This document shows, one piece after another, positions 18,149 to 28,044 of a stretch of 55,876 bases of DNA; the stretch's first letter is position 1; each line of letters starts with the position of its first letter. The DNA comes from Actinomycetota bacterium (GTDB lineage Bacteria > Actinomycetota > Actinomycetes > S36-B12). The DNA lies in assembly GCA_947449945.1 (NCBI GenBank), contig CANFTO010000002.1, positions 1 to 55,876 on the forward strand, written 5' to 3'. The notes beneath the pieces are model-generated. The model worked only from the letters and a program-made list of their open reading frames with translations, searched no databases and was not told the origin of the DNA. The translations under genes were made by a program, and so were the position numbers.

Positions 18149-18895
18149 TTACTCATCCTCCACCGAAGTATCGGACGAATGCGATCGTTTATTTCTTAGC
18201 TCTTCAACTGTTGGAGCAGTTCCACCAAAACGAGGAGGCAGCCACCAAAGATCGTCCGTGGTATTTCTAGGATATCTTTCTATCGTCTGATCCAAAAGTG
18301 CACCCATCACAGACTTCAAATGATCGGTCTCTGTATGGACATCTGCACGCTTTTCCACATCGATAGGTTTACCAATCGTGACGCCGATCGTTTTCCCCCG
18401 GGAAAGATCTTTATGTCCATAACCAAGAATCCGCTGACCACCAAATACCGCCATCGGAATGATTGGCACCTGTGCCATCGCCGCCATGCGCACGGCTCCA
18501 CTCTTGAATGAAATGAGTTCAAAGGAACGACTCATCGTGCCTTCTGGGAAAACCCCGAGGAGCTCGCCATCCTTGAGCGCCCGAACCCCTTGGCGAAATG
18601 CATCAGAACCAGCATCGCGATTGACGGAGATATGCCCCATCGATCGCATCAGCGGACCTGCGACCGGATGCTTAAAAATTCCGTCCTTGGCCATAAATCG
18701 CACACGCCGATGTCCCACACGATCTGCGGGCAAACCAGCAAAGGCGTAATCCAAGAAACTTATGTGATTGATCGCCAGCACAGCGCCGCCCGTGACTGGG
18801 ATGTTTTCTTGGCCGATGATGTCGAATTTCAAACCAAGCGCGCCAAAAAGCCCCTTGACGGTGAAAACAAGCGGGCGATACACAAGGTCTGCCAT
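18149..18895 (-). CDS. 1-acyl-sn-glycerol-3-phosphate acyltransferase (PlsC family)
   Basis: HX4D motif NHISFLDY and the VFPEGT block. Confidence 0.8.
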   Translation of the reverse strand: MADLVYRPLVFTVKGLFGALGLKFDIIGQENIPVTGGAVLAINHISFLDYAFAGLPADRVGHRRVRFMAKDGIFKHPVAGPLMRSMGHISVNRDAGSDAFRQGVRALKDGELLGVFPEGTMSRSFELISFKSGAVRMAAMAQVPIIPMAVFGGQRILGYGHKDLSRGKTIGVTIGKPIDVEKRADVHTETDHLKSVMGALLDQTIERYPRNTTDDLWWLPPRFGGTAPTVEELRNKRSHSSDTSVEDE

Positions 18896-19008
18896 GCGAG
18901 AAGGCTAACGAAGCGGCAAGATGAGGCCATTGGTCCCCACCTGCGGGGCCAAGTTTCCCTCGTGAAGTCGATTTCGCGCTGGCAAGATGCATCATGGAGG
19001 TCATCACA

Positions 19009-19902
19009 ATGTTCCACAACCGAGTCGTCATTGGATTCGACGGAAGCACCTCGGCAGAAAGTGCCGCACGATGGGCTGCTCGTGAGGCTCAATCACGCGG
19101 GCTTGGACTGACGGTCATTCACGCCACAATCCCACCGCTGAGTAGCAGTGGGGCCTGGGGCCCTGGCGCACCGATATCTATGGATGCCATTGATGAGATT
19201 CGCGATAGTGCACAGACCTTCCTTGACACCTTCGCTTCAACCTTGCCTGCGAGCGACATACAAACGCTGGTTCAAGTTGGTTCACCAACCGGAATCTTGC
19301 TCGCAGCATCAGAATCAGCGGCACTGATTGTGGTGGGTTCACGAGGTCACGGTGGCTTCAAGGAACTCCTCCTTGGCTCGGTGAGTCAACAGTTAGTGAC
19401 GCATGCTGATTGCCCCGTCGTTGTTATTCGCGAAGAGCGCACCGTGGATGCTACGGCCGTGGTCGTAGGTGTTGATGGAAGTGCGGCATCACATGCCGCC
19501 GTTGATTTCGCTTTCGATTACGCAAGTCGCCATCATCTTTCTGTGCTTGCCATTCATGCGTGGGATGTTCCATCCTTCGACCTCATCGTGATGCCAAATA
19601 CTCCAGTACCAATTGAAATTGGCGATATCGCAGACACAGAAGTGCGCTTGGCAGCTGAACTCCTTGCTGGCTACGAAGCGCGATACCCAGATGTCACCTT
19701 GGAAACTCGTGTGATTCGCACGACCCCCGCAAATGCCATCTTGAGTGTTGAGTCAGAAGCCTCAGTCATCGTGATGGGTACCCGTGGCCATGGCGCCGTC
19801 ATAGGTTCAATCATCGGTTCTGTGAGCCATACCATCTTGCATCGAGCCAGTGTTCCCGTCATCGTGGTGACCGAAGAAGCCCACGACGACGACGCTGCAT
19901 AA
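19009..19902 (+). CDS. universal stress protein, tandem USP domains
   Basis: Two repeats of VVIGFDGS / VVGVDGS ... GSRGHGG / GTRGHGA ... PVVVI / PVIVV. The ATG at 19009 lies 8 nt after GGAGG, whereas the ORF-track ATG at 18994 overlaps that SD. Confidence 0.85.
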   Translation: MFHNRVVIGFDGSTSAESAARWAAREAQSRGLGLTVIHATIPPLSSSGAWGPGAPISMDAIDEIRDSAQTFLDTFASTLPASDIQTLVQVGSPTGILLAASESAALIVVGSRGHGGFKELLLGSVSQQLVTHADCPVVVIREERTVDATAVVVGVDGSAASHAAVDFAFDYASRHHLSVLAIHAWDVPSFDLIVMPNTPVPIEIGDIADTEVRLAAELLAGYEARYPDVTLETRVIRTTPANAILSVESEASVIVMGTRGHGAVIGSIIGSVSHTILHRASVPVIVVTEEAHDDDAA

Positions 19903-19926
19903 ATACCTCTCCACTACCCTGCTCTC

Positions 19927-20535
19927 ATGGCTAACAGTGACCGTTTGGTGTGGATTGATTGCGAGATGACCGGGCTATATCCCGAAAAGGATGAGCTCGT
20001 AGAAATTGCCGCCATCGTCACTGATGGTGAACTCAATGAACTTGATGCGGGTATCAGTTTGGTAATTAAGTGCAATGACGCTGCTTTTCAGCAGATGGAT
20101 GACTTCGTCGTCAACATGCATACTGAGTCAGATCTCATCAACGAAATTCCTCACGGAATAACTCTGGAAGCCGCGCAAGCACAGGTGTTGGCTTATGTGA
20201 TGCAGCATGTACCTGAAGCCAAGAAAGCACCGCTTGCTGGGTCAAGCGTCTACACCGATCGAGGCTTCCTTACCAAATACATGCCCGATCTCGATAACTA
20301 CTTGCACTATCGCTTGGTCGATGTTTCCAGCATCAAAGAACTCGTGCGCCGCTGGTACCCACGTACCTATTTTTCCATGCCTGAAAAGCATGGCAATCAC
20401 CGCGCACTTGGCGATATTCGCGAGTCAATTGCTGAACTCCGCTACTACCGCGAGGCAGTGTTCGTTCCTGCTCCTGGCCCAGACACCGCGGCCGCCAAGG
20501 AGATCGGCGAGCGGCATGTGGTCGATCACGGCTAA
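19927..20535 (+). CDS. orn: oligoribonuclease
   Basis: DEDDh exonuclease motifs are present: LVWIDCEMTGL, SSVYTDRGFL, HRALGDIRESI. Confidence 0.9.
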   Translation: MANSDRLVWIDCEMTGLYPEKDELVEIAAIVTDGELNELDAGISLVIKCNDAAFQQMDDFVVNMHTESDLINEIPHGITLEAAQAQVLAYVMQHVPEAKKAPLAGSSVYTDRGFLTKYMPDLDNYLHYRLVDVSSIKELVRRWYPRTYFSMPEKHGNHRALGDIRESIAELRYYREAVFVPAPGPDTAAAKEIGERHVVDHG

Positions 20536-20634
20536 CCCCTCCGACGAGGGCTGAGCCGGATTTTGGAGCCCAAGTCATGCCGCTAGTATTAGTTCTCCGC
20601 GCAAGCGGGTGAGATTGGTTTCGGCTGATTTCAT

Positions 20635-20711
20635 GGTGGGTATAGCTCAGCTGGTAGAGCGTCGCGTTGTGGTCGCGAATGTCGCGGGTTCGAGTCCCGT
20701 TACTCACCCCA
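20635..20711 (+). tRNA. tRNA-His (anticodon GTG) with encoded G-1 and CCA
   Basis: Cloverleaf folded by hand. Acceptor GTGGGTA/TACTCAC with an extra 5' G opposite C73; anticodon stem TCGCG/CGCGA with loop TTGTGGT; T arm GCGGG-TTCGAGT-CCCGT; 3' CCA. Confidence 0.95.
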
Positions 20712-20758
20712 ATGCACGACTAGGGATGATCGCGTCGACCACAGCCGCGGATTCTGAC

Positions 20759-21208
20759 CTAGGACTTGTCAGTGCGCATGCGATGAAAGTCGATGCCCGC
20801 GAATAACCAGCGGTCATCGACTTTTTCGTACGTATCGAAGTAATACCCCACACTGCGCACAGTTTTGATCGCCGGGTCCGACGGGTACTCAACATGTTCT
20901 GGGAACACTAAATAGTCACTGATGGCCCAGATCCCGCTTGCGTGGGTTTCATCCACAATCGTGATTTCACTTTGATGGCCTGCATGAAAAGTGAACACTT
21001 CACCGAGAATCCCGCGGATCTGATCGCGCATCTGTTCTTTTCCCGCGAAGGTGTAGTCGGACTCGTGATTGGTGAAATAGCAAGTCGGCGTAAAAAGTTC
21101 ACCGAACTCATCCCAAGCTTTGGTATCAACAAAGCGCCAATACTGCGCGCGCAACACACGAAGGTCTTCAATCGCTAGCAACCGGACCAGCGGATCGATA
21201 TCACTCAT
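20759..21208 (-). CDS. SnoaL-like / NTF2-fold protein
   Basis: IEDLRVLRAQYWRFVDTKAWDEFGELFT is a typical SnoaL_4/NTF2-like N-terminus. It is the last gene of the catabolic operon. Confidence 0.6.
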   Translation of the reverse strand: MSDIDPLVRLLAIEDLRVLRAQYWRFVDTKAWDEFGELFTPTCYFTNHESDYTFAGKEQMRDQIRGILGEVFTFHAGHQSEITIVDETHASGIWAISDYLVFPEHVEYPSDPAIKTVRSVGYYFDTYEKVDDRWLFAGIDFHRMRTDKS

Positions 21209-21225
21209 GAGCTACTCCTTGCGGG

Positions 21226-22263
21226 TTACTGACCTTCTTGAGCTGCATGCGCACGAGCGAGTTCAAGCGCCACATCGATAATCATGTCCTCTTGGCCACC
21301 CACAACCTTGCGGCGACCAAGTTCCAAGAGAATCTCTGCCTGACTTACGCCATAACGCTCTGCTGCCTTTTGTGAATGCAGCAGGAACGAGCCGTACACA
21401 CCGGCATAGCCAAGGATTAGCCCAGCACGGTCAATTACTTGCTGGCGCGGCATCATTGGTCGCACGATCTCTTCAGCCAAATCCATCAGAGCAAGCGGAT
21501 TCACGCCGGTTTCGATTCCGTACTTCGTACTTACCGCTGCCAAAATTTCCGTTGGGCAGTTACCCGCACCGGCACCCAAACCTGCACTCGTGCCATCAAG
21601 GTTCTTCGCGCCTTCCTCATAAGCAGCAATGGAGTTCGCAACAGCCATCGACAGGTTGTTGTGCGCATGCACACCCACAGGAATTTCAAGGGCATTTACG
21701 AGAGCATTGACCCGACGACGTACATCTTCAGTTGTCATCGCTCCTGCAGAGTCCGCGATGTAAAGCGTGTCAGCCCCATAGGACTGCATCAACAACGCCT
21801 GCTTGACGAGATCTTCAGGGGTACTCATATGCGACATCATCAGGAAGCCAATGGCTTCCATTTCTAGCTTCTTGGCAACCTTGATGTGCTGCTCAGTGAT
21901 ATCGGCTTCGGTGCAATGCACAGCGAGACGCGCGACGTTCACCCCGAGTTCCTTGACCTCACGAAGGTCATCAGCGACACCAATTCCTGGAAGCAACAAG
22001 CAGGCTATTTCGGCATTGGTGGTGGCTTCACAGGCACGGGCAATTAGCAACTTCTCGTCGACCTTAGAAAAGCCATAGTTGAAGCTTGAACCGCCGAGGC
22101 CATCGCCATGAGCAATCTCAATAACCTCAACACCCGCAGCATCAAGACCCTTAACAATGTTGATGACATCGTCTTCGGTGTATTGATGGCTAATGGCGTG
22201 TGAGCCATCGCGCAGAGTCGAGTCGATAAGGCGGAAGTCGCGATGTGTCGTTGGCGTGCTCAT
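21226..22263 (-). CDS. mhpE: 4-hydroxy-2-oxovalerate aldolase
   Basis: [17 protein letters not shown] matches the DmpG/BphI/HsaF/MhpE family N-terminus. There is a 4-nt overlap with the acetaldehyde dehydrogenase gene. Confidence 0.9.
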   Translation of the reverse strand: MSTPTTHRDFRLIDSTLRDGSHAISHQYTEDDVINIVKGLDAAGVEVIEIAHGDGLGGSSFNYGFSKVDEKLLIARACEATTNAEIACLLLPGIGVADDLREVKELGVNVARLAVHCTEADITEQHIKVAKKLEMEAIGFLMMSHMSTPEDLVKQALLMQSYGADTLYIADSAGAMTTEDVRRRVNALVNALEIPVGVHAHNNLSMAVANSIAAYEEGAKNLDGTSAGLGAGAGNCPTEILAAVSTKYGIETGVNPLALMDLAEEIVRPMMPRQQVIDRAGLILGYAGVYGSFLLHSQKAAERYGVSQAEILLELGRRKVVGGQEDMIIDVALELARAHAAQEGQ

Positions 22264-23174
22264 GCGTTGGCTCCTGACTTGTGAATCGAAATCGCTTCGC
22301 CTACGCGCAAAGCGGCAGCCGTCATGATGTCGAGGTTGCCTGAATACGGAGGCAAGTAATCGCCTGCACCTTCAACCTCAAGGAGGGCCACAACTCGATT
22401 AGGAACAACTCCACCCGGTGTATTGAATGGGCCGGCTTCAATTACTGGTTCATTCTTCAGGTGATAGCCGGGCACATATTTCGCCACTTCTTCAACCATT
22501 TCCAGGATCGAAGCAATCACTGCATCGTGATCTGAACCTTCAGGGAGTGCACCGAACACGGTATTGCGCATCATGATCGGAGGATCTGCAGGATTCATCA
22601 CGATGATGGCTTTCGACGTGTTGGCACCACCAATTTCACGAAGTGCAGCGCTCGTGGTCACGGTGAACTCGTCAATGTTTGCGCGAGTTCCAGGGCCTGC
22701 AGAAAGGGAAGCAATCGTTGACACCATCTCGGCATATGGCAACTCATCAATCGCGCGACGAATTGCGTAGACGATTGGTGTTGTTGCCTGACCGCCACAC
22801 GTGACCATATTGACGTTCATTGAATCCAGATGCTCATAAAGATTCACTGCGGGAATAACTTTTGGTCCACGCGCTGCAGGAGTGAGATCCACTGCGACGA
22901 TCCCGGCTTCGCGATACTTCGGTGCATTGCGTACGTGCACATACGCGCTTGTCGCATCGAAAATCATGTCAATGTTGTTGCCTGGATCAAGAACCCACTC
23001 TGGACCCTCGTGCGGAGCCAGTAGGCCAAGGCCCTTGGCGCGCTTAAGTCCATCACTTTCAGGATCAATACCTACAAGTGCGACCAGATCCAAAACATCA
23101 GAGCGAAGCATTTTGAACATCAGGTCAGTGCCGATATTTCCTGACCCCAGGATTGCGCAGCGCATTTTCTTCAT
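22260..23174 (-). CDS. mhpF: acetaldehyde dehydrogenase (acetylating)
   Basis: [14 protein letters not shown] is the N-terminal Rossmann motif and VTCGGQAT contains the catalytic Cys. DmpF/BphJ/MhpF family. Confidence 0.9.
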   Translation of the reverse strand: MKKMRCAILGSGNIGTDLMFKMLRSDVLDLVALVGIDPESDGLKRAKGLGLLAPHEGPEWVLDPGNNIDMIFDATSAYVHVRNAPKYREAGIVAVDLTPAARGPKVIPAVNLYEHLDSMNVNMVTCGGQATTPIVYAIRRAIDELPYAEMVSTIASLSAGPGTRANIDEFTVTTSAALREIGGANTSKAIIVMNPADPPIMMRNTVFGALPEGSDHDAVIASILEMVEEVAKYVPGYHLKNEPVIEAGPFNTPGGVVPNRVVALLEVEGAGDYLPPYSGNLDIMTAAALRVGEAISIHKSGANA

Positions 23175-23180
23175 GAATGC

Positions 23181-23969
23181 TTACTTCACTTCCACTGTGA
23201 TTGAACCAAGACGATCAAACTCTGCGGTGAATGAGTCACCCGAAGACGCAGGAACCATCGCATGCAATGCGCCGGTCATGATGACCTGACCGGCCTTGAG
23301 TACGACACCCATCGGAGCCAATGTGTTGGCGAGCCAGGCAACAGTGGCCAACGGGTCACCCATGGCTGCAGCTCCGGCGCCAGTAGCGAGCACTTCGCCG
23401 TTCTTAGAAAACACCATGCCGATGTGTCGAGGATCGAAACCTTCAATAGGAACAACCTTGCCGCTCAACGCGATCGCGCCACCACTTGCAAGATCCGCAA
23501 CCGTGTCGGCAAGTTTGATTTTCCAGTCAACAATGCGCGAATCGACGATTTCCAGTGCCGCAGAAAGCCCCACGGTTGCATCGCGAACATCGTCCACTGT
23601 GCAATCAGGTCCACTCAGATCCTTTCCAAGAATCAAGCCAATTTCGCCTTCGATACGAGGCGCAATGAACTGATCGCGTGGAATCGTGGATCCATCCTTG
23701 AAAATTCCCGATTCAAATATTGGACCAAAGTCAGGCTGATCAATACCGAGCAGTTCCTGCATTGCCTTTGACGTAAGACCCAACTTGTATCCAGTTATGA
23801 CTTCACCGTTGGAAATCAGCTTCTCCACCAAACGTTGCTGAATCTCGTACCCGTCAAGCATGCCAAGTCCAGGAGCATCATCGGTGAACGCAGCGATGGC
23901 TTGCTTGGTTTGCCGAGCTTCGTACAAAGCATCGGCGTGCACTTGAGCCTGTTCGGCATTGATGGTCAT
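23181..23969 (-). CDS. mhpD: 2-keto-4-pentenoate (2-oxopent-4-enoate) hydratase
   Basis: FAH-fold hydratase strings (GYKLGLTSKAMQ, PRIEGEIGLILG). It sits immediately upstream of the dehydrogenase/aldolase pair. Confidence 0.85.
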   Translation of the reverse strand: MTINAEQAQVHADALYEARQTKQAIAAFTDDAPGLGMLDGYEIQQRLVEKLISNGEVITGYKLGLTSKAMQELLGIDQPDFGPIFESGIFKDGSTIPRDQFIAPRIEGEIGLILGKDLSGPDCTVDDVRDATVGLSAALEIVDSRIVDWKIKLADTVADLASGGAIALSGKVVPIEGFDPRHIGMVFSKNGEVLATGAGAAAMGDPLATVAWLANTLAPMGVVLKAGQVIMTGALHAMVPASSGDSFTAEFDRLGSITVEVK

Positions 23970-24017
23970 GCTGCTCCTCGATCGATCGGTAGTTCAGGTC
24001 TCATTATTCGGCACGGG

Positions 24018-24281
24018 TCAGTGCGCGTGCGGTTCGCCTCGTAGCTGCGCTTTAGCGTAAGCACCGACTGCTAACCATTCGGTGCGCATTTCGGGTGTAG
24101 CGATGACAAAACTGGCCAGCTCCAGCGGATCAAGGTACGCAACCTCGTGAGTTTCTAAATCCTCAATCAGGAGCCGTGGACTTTTCCCTGCCCGATCAAT
24201 GGCAACGCGAACCGCAGCAAATTCGTTCCACACAACCTCTTCTGGCTTGTCGGTGATGCCAAGGGTCCAGTTATTGCTCAT
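24018..24281 (-). CDS. hypothetical protein (87 aa) embedded in the operon
   Basis: Its ATG overlaps the CoA-ligase stop by 4 nt (ATGA), which suggests translational coupling. I recognise no family. Confidence 0.4.
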   Translation of the reverse strand: MSNNWTLGITDKPEEVVWNEFAAVRVAIDRAGKSPRLLIEDLETHEVAYLDPLELASFVIATPEMRTEWLAVGAYAKAQLRGEPHAH

Positions 24282-25837
24282 GAGGGAGTGTCCTCTGCAA
24301 CAACCTTCTTCAGCTCGCTCTTGAGAACCTTGCCTGCACCGCTCAGTGGGAAATCGGTGTGCGTAGTGAAACCACGTGGTTGCTTGTAACCGGCAAGTTC
24401 AGCTCGACACAGATCCTTAATCTCTTGCTCAAGTTGGGCTTGATCGCCACTCCATTGCGATCGAACCACCACAGAAACATGGGGGCTTTCACCCCATTCT
24501 GGGTGCGGCATGCCAAACACTGCAACGGACTCAACACCTGGGTGCCGCGCAACAACTCGTTCAAGCTCTGCTGGGTAGATATTGAAGGCACCGCTAATGA
24601 TGAGGTCGTTCTTGCGATCAACAAGGAACAGATAGCCATCTTCATCCCGATAAGCGATGTCATTGGTGAATAAGGTGTCGCCGCGGAATCGATCCGCTGT
24701 TTCTTCTGGACGATTCCAGTAACCCGGGCTCACCGCTTCTGATCGCAGGGTGATTTCGCCAACCTCACCAGGTGCGCATTCCTTGCCATCGTCATCAACC
24801 ACTGCAATTTCTGCATACATCGACTCACGACCACATGAATTGACTCGTGAGACGTCGCCAAGAGCAATCTGTCGGTGATCTTCAGGTGACAACATCGTGA
24901 CGAAACCGCCAACTTCAGACTGGCCGTAGCGTTGCCAAAGATCACAACCGAGCAGTTCGAGCGCACTCTCAATGAGCGGAGCAGACGCTGGAGCCGATCC
25001 ATAGCCAATGCGCGTCAAAGAAGAGATATCGACTTTTGGTCGCTCCTCTAAATATGACACCACGCGCTGCAACATCGTAGGCACCATGATTGTTGAGGTA
25101 ATGCGGTATTTCTCAACAGTTGCAAGCACTTCTGGCACTTCAAACTTTGGCATGATCACCATGGTTTGGCCTTGATACGCCCAAGAAAGTGTGCGGAAGG
25201 CTCCACCAGAGGTGAAGAAGGGTGTAACGGCGATGTAGCGATCGTCATGGCGACTGCGATCCATGACAACTTGATCAACACAGCCTGCCAACATCGTTCG
25301 ATGCGTATGCATCACTGCTTTTGGTAGTCCAGTTGTTCCTGAGGTGTAGATAAACGCGCGCAAATCATCTGGCTTAAGATCACTTGGTGTTGGATCTCCA
25401 GCAGACGCAGCAAGAATTGCTCGCTCATAATCAGGAGCTGCTCCTGCACCATCAATCTCCAACGCGATTGTGATATCGCTGTTTCCGGCTATCACCGCTG
25501 TTGCCGCTTCGGCAACAGATCCATGGAAGATCAACGCCTTTGCGCCACTGTCTTGTGCCTGGTACTCAAGTTCAGCGGGAGCCAAACGCACATTGAGGGG
25601 CACAAGCACGAAACCTGCTTTGGACAAACCAAAGGAGATCTCTGGCCACTCAAGGGTGTTTGGCGCGAACATGGCAACGCGATCACCTGGTTGCAGTCCG
25701 GCATTGCGCAAGTAGGAGCCAATTCGGTTAGCTCGGTCATTGACGGCAGACCACGTCAACTCTCGACCTTCACAAATAATTCCAACTTTGTTTGGGTAAC
25801 GACGAGCATTCAGGCGTGGAATATCACCAACGAGCAT
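24278..25837 (-). CDS. AMP-forming acyl/aryl-CoA ligase (ANL family)
   Basis: AMP-binding motif IYTSGTTGLPKAV, plus YGQSE and a C-terminal GKVLKSELK. The ATG at 25837 has an AAGGA RBS, and the longer ORF-track start (25882) lies inside the upstream gene. Confidence 0.85.
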   Translation of the reverse strand: MLVGDIPRLNARRYPNKVGIICEGRELTWSAVNDRANRIGSYLRNAGLQPGDRVAMFAPNTLEWPEISFGLSKAGFVLVPLNVRLAPAELEYQAQDSGAKALIFHGSVAEAATAVIAGNSDITIALEIDGAGAAPDYERAILAASAGDPTPSDLKPDDLRAFIYTSGTTGLPKAVMHTHRTMLAGCVDQVVMDRSRHDDRYIAVTPFFTSGGAFRTLSWAYQGQTMVIMPKFEVPEVLATVEKYRITSTIMVPTMLQRVVSYLEERPKVDISSLTRIGYGSAPASAPLIESALELLGCDLWQRYGQSEVGGFVTMLSPEDHRQIALGDVSRVNSCGRESMYAEIAVVDDDGKECAPGEVGEITLRSEAVSPGYWNRPEETADRFRGDTLFTNDIAYRDEDGYLFLVDRKNDLIISGAFNIYPAELERVVARHPGVESVAVFGMPHPEWGESPHVSVVVRSQWSGDQAQLEQEIKDLCRAELAGYKQPRGFTTHTDFPLSGAGKVLKSELKKVVAEDTPS

Positions 25838-25850
25838 GTTCTTGAGTCCT

Positions 25851-26324
25851 TTAGATAATGAAAGCGACGGTGCGAATGGCATCTTCGTTGTTGACCAACA
25901 GTGCAGTCTTTTTCACGAGCTGCAAACCATCAGCTGTGCGACGAACGGTGTAGAGGTAGCGACCAGCCCATACATGTGTGCCATTGCGATGTTCGTACAA
26001 CACGAAGTTGGCACCAATATTGACGTCATCGCCTTGTTCGCCGAGCACTTCAAGGTTGCTGAGCATGCGGCGCATCTTCGATGGCGGGCTTTGTGAATAG
26101 CGGCGACCCGTTTTCAACTGAGCTAAACGGCTATGAATACGACTGCGATTGTCATAGATATATGAAACGTCTACCGAAGGATCTGAGTCGTCTTTGGTAG
26201 GCAACCAATAAATCGCATCGTCAGCCCACAGCGACTCCCAGTCGTCATAACGACTTTCATCCGCGTAGCGAGCTTCCAAGTACAGGAAGGCTGCAATGTC
26301 ATCGGGAACATGAGTGTTTGTCAT
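25851..26324 (-). CDS. aromatic ring-hydroxylating oxygenase, beta (small) subunit
   Basis: The string FLYLEARYADESRYDDWESLWADDAIYWLP fits the RHO small-subunit (NTF2-like) family. The start overlaps the alpha-subunit stop (TAATG). Confidence 0.8.
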   Translation of the reverse strand: MTNTHVPDDIAAFLYLEARYADESRYDDWESLWADDAIYWLPTKDDSDPSVDVSYIYDNRSRIHSRLAQLKTGRRYSQSPPSKMRRMLSNLEVLGEQGDDVNIGANFVLYEHRNGTHVWAGRYLYTVRRTADGLQLVKKTALLVNNEDAIRTVAFII

Positions 26325-27619
26325 TACGCCTGATCCTCTGTCATGAGTTCCTTATAGTGCACCCACATGGCGCGCTGGGTGGTTTCTGAGGTGCGGTCGT
26401 ATGAAGTTAGGCCCTTATCTTCCTGAACTTCTGAACTGAATCCGCGTGAAAGCAGCGCCCATTCAGGCTGCTTAGCCGCCAATCCAGCTTGGTTGCGCTC
26501 TCCCATCTCACCATCGTCAGCAATTAAGAATCCTGCTGGCCCCATGGCACCTTCAGCATTACGAAGAATGCGTGCATTAATTTCTTCTCCACCCGCAATG
26601 TGAATAGGTGCGGTGTATTGAATGGATTCATTCGCGGCAACTGGCTCAACCATGATTACGTGCATTTCAGCAAGGAAGAGGTTTGGCCAAATAAATGTAT
26701 GTGGAGGGCCATCAACAAAACGCTTGTGTGTTTCATCAGCGCCAACCGCTGCTTCCATCGCCGCTACGTACTTGGCCATTTTTTCACGAGGGGTGCGCTT
26801 GAACCAAATGAATTCAGCATCTTGCGCCTGGTATTCACGTGAGTAATCGACTTCGTTGTGGCCGCCACCAAGATCGCGAGTCGCAACCAACAATTCGTCA
26901 GACGCATAGTCAACTTTGGCCGGCATGATTGCCTTATAGACCGACTCATGCGTGAAGAGGGGGTGGTATCCATCAACCTGTGATTCGTTCACGATTTTCC
27001 AGTTTGCTGCTGACCTGTGCTTCATCCAGCCACCTCGCAATTCAATGCGACCTTCTGGCGAAAGGCTCAATAGGCGATCAATAGGTCCCTTTGCCCGACC
27101 GATGTAATCATCGAAGCTTCCAGCGTTTCCATAAAGGTTGGCGAAGATGAATCCACCGTAGATTTCAACTTGATGCGCTTGAGCCATCCCCAGCTCTGAT
27201 CGCATTTCAGCCATTTCTTGGTCGTAGCCCTCACGGAATGGAACACCCTGCAAGCGGCCATCGTTGGCGTACGTCCAACCGTGATACGGGCAACGGAAGA
27301 GTGCGGCGTTACCGGAATCTGCACGGCACAACATATTTGCTCGGTGGGTGCAGCGGTTGAGCAGCACGCGAACCACTTCATCCTTTCCGCGAGCAACAAT
27401 GACTGGCTGACGGCCGATACGGCGAGTGAGGTAGTCACCCTTCTCAGGGATCTCACTGTCATGACCAACAAAGACCCATGCGTTCTCAAACAACGCGGTC
27501 ATTTCAAGGTCGAAAATAGCTGGATCGGTGTATAGCGATCCATGGATTCGATCATGCTGAATAAGCGAAGCAATATCGATCGAAGATGCGCGATCCATTT
27601 GTGCTGTCATCTCTGTCAA
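26324..27619 (-). CDS. Rieske [2Fe-2S] aromatic ring-hydroxylating oxygenase, alpha subunit
   Basis: Rieske motif CTHRANMLC...CPYHGW and mononuclear-iron motif DGYHPLFTH. There is a 4-nt overlap with the upstream DUF35 gene. Confidence 0.9.
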   Translation of the reverse strand: MTEMTAQMDRASSIDIASLIQHDRIHGSLYTDPAIFDLEMTALFENAWVFVGHDSEIPEKGDYLTRRIGRQPVIVARGKDEVVRVLLNRCTHRANMLCRADSGNAALFRCPYHGWTYANDGRLQGVPFREGYDQEMAEMRSELGMAQAHQVEIYGGFIFANLYGNAGSFDDYIGRAKGPIDRLLSLSPEGRIELRGGWMKHRSAANWKIVNESQVDGYHPLFTHESVYKAIMPAKVDYASDELLVATRDLGGGHNEVDYSREYQAQDAEFIWFKRTPREKMAKYVAAMEAAVGADETHKRFVDGPPHTFIWPNLFLAEMHVIMVEPVAANESIQYTAPIHIAGGEEINARILRNAEGAMGPAGFLIADDGEMGERNQAGLAAKQPEWALLSRGFSSEVQEDKGLTSYDRTSETTQRAMWVHYKELMTEDQA

Positions 27620-28044
27620 CCTTTCACTGCGGTGTTGATGATGCGTGGGATGTTTTGGGTGCCAACGCGAACAAATTCAAGACGGACTTCTGTACCTGGG
27701 GCCATTGGTGTGTCGGAAACTGTGCTCGTGGACACGATGATGCGATGCCCAGAATTCAGCGATACTTCAATGACTGGATAAGCCGCATCTTGCTTCACAT
27801 AACGAGCGTCGACGCGATTCATCATGATGGAAACTGTGACTCGACCTGCAGGATCAACTGCCTCCCATACGCGTTCTTGGTGTGCACATTCATCGCAATG
27901 CAGTTGATCAAGATCAAGCGGATGCTTACACGCTGCACAAAATGGCAGCACGAGCATGCCTTCAGCTGAACCGGCCAAGTATTCAGTCAGTGGAGCGACG
28001 TCACTCGGTGCAGCTGATTCGTGAAGGAGCCAGTCGATGGTCAT
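27616..28044 (-). CDS. DUF35 protein (Zn-ribbon + OB fold), partner of SCPx-type thiolases
   Basis: Four-Cys ribbon CAACKHPLDLDQLHCDEC followed by an OB-like C-terminal half. It overlaps both neighbouring genes by 4 nt. Confidence 0.8.
   Translation of the reverse strand: MTIDWLLHESAAPSDVAPLTEYLAGSAEGMLVLPFCAACKHPLDLDQLHCDECAHQERVWEAVDPAGRVTVSIMMNRVDARYVKQDAAYPVIEVSLNSGHRIIVSTSTVSDTPMAPGTEVRLEFVRVGTQNIPRIINTAVKG

Noticed and set aside
20635-20711. Calling the tRNA-His- and tRNA-Lys-adjacent blocks mobile genomic islands.
   Set aside because: No integrase, recombinase, transposase or visible direct repeat of the tRNA 3' end was found. I kept this only as a hypothesis in the findings.
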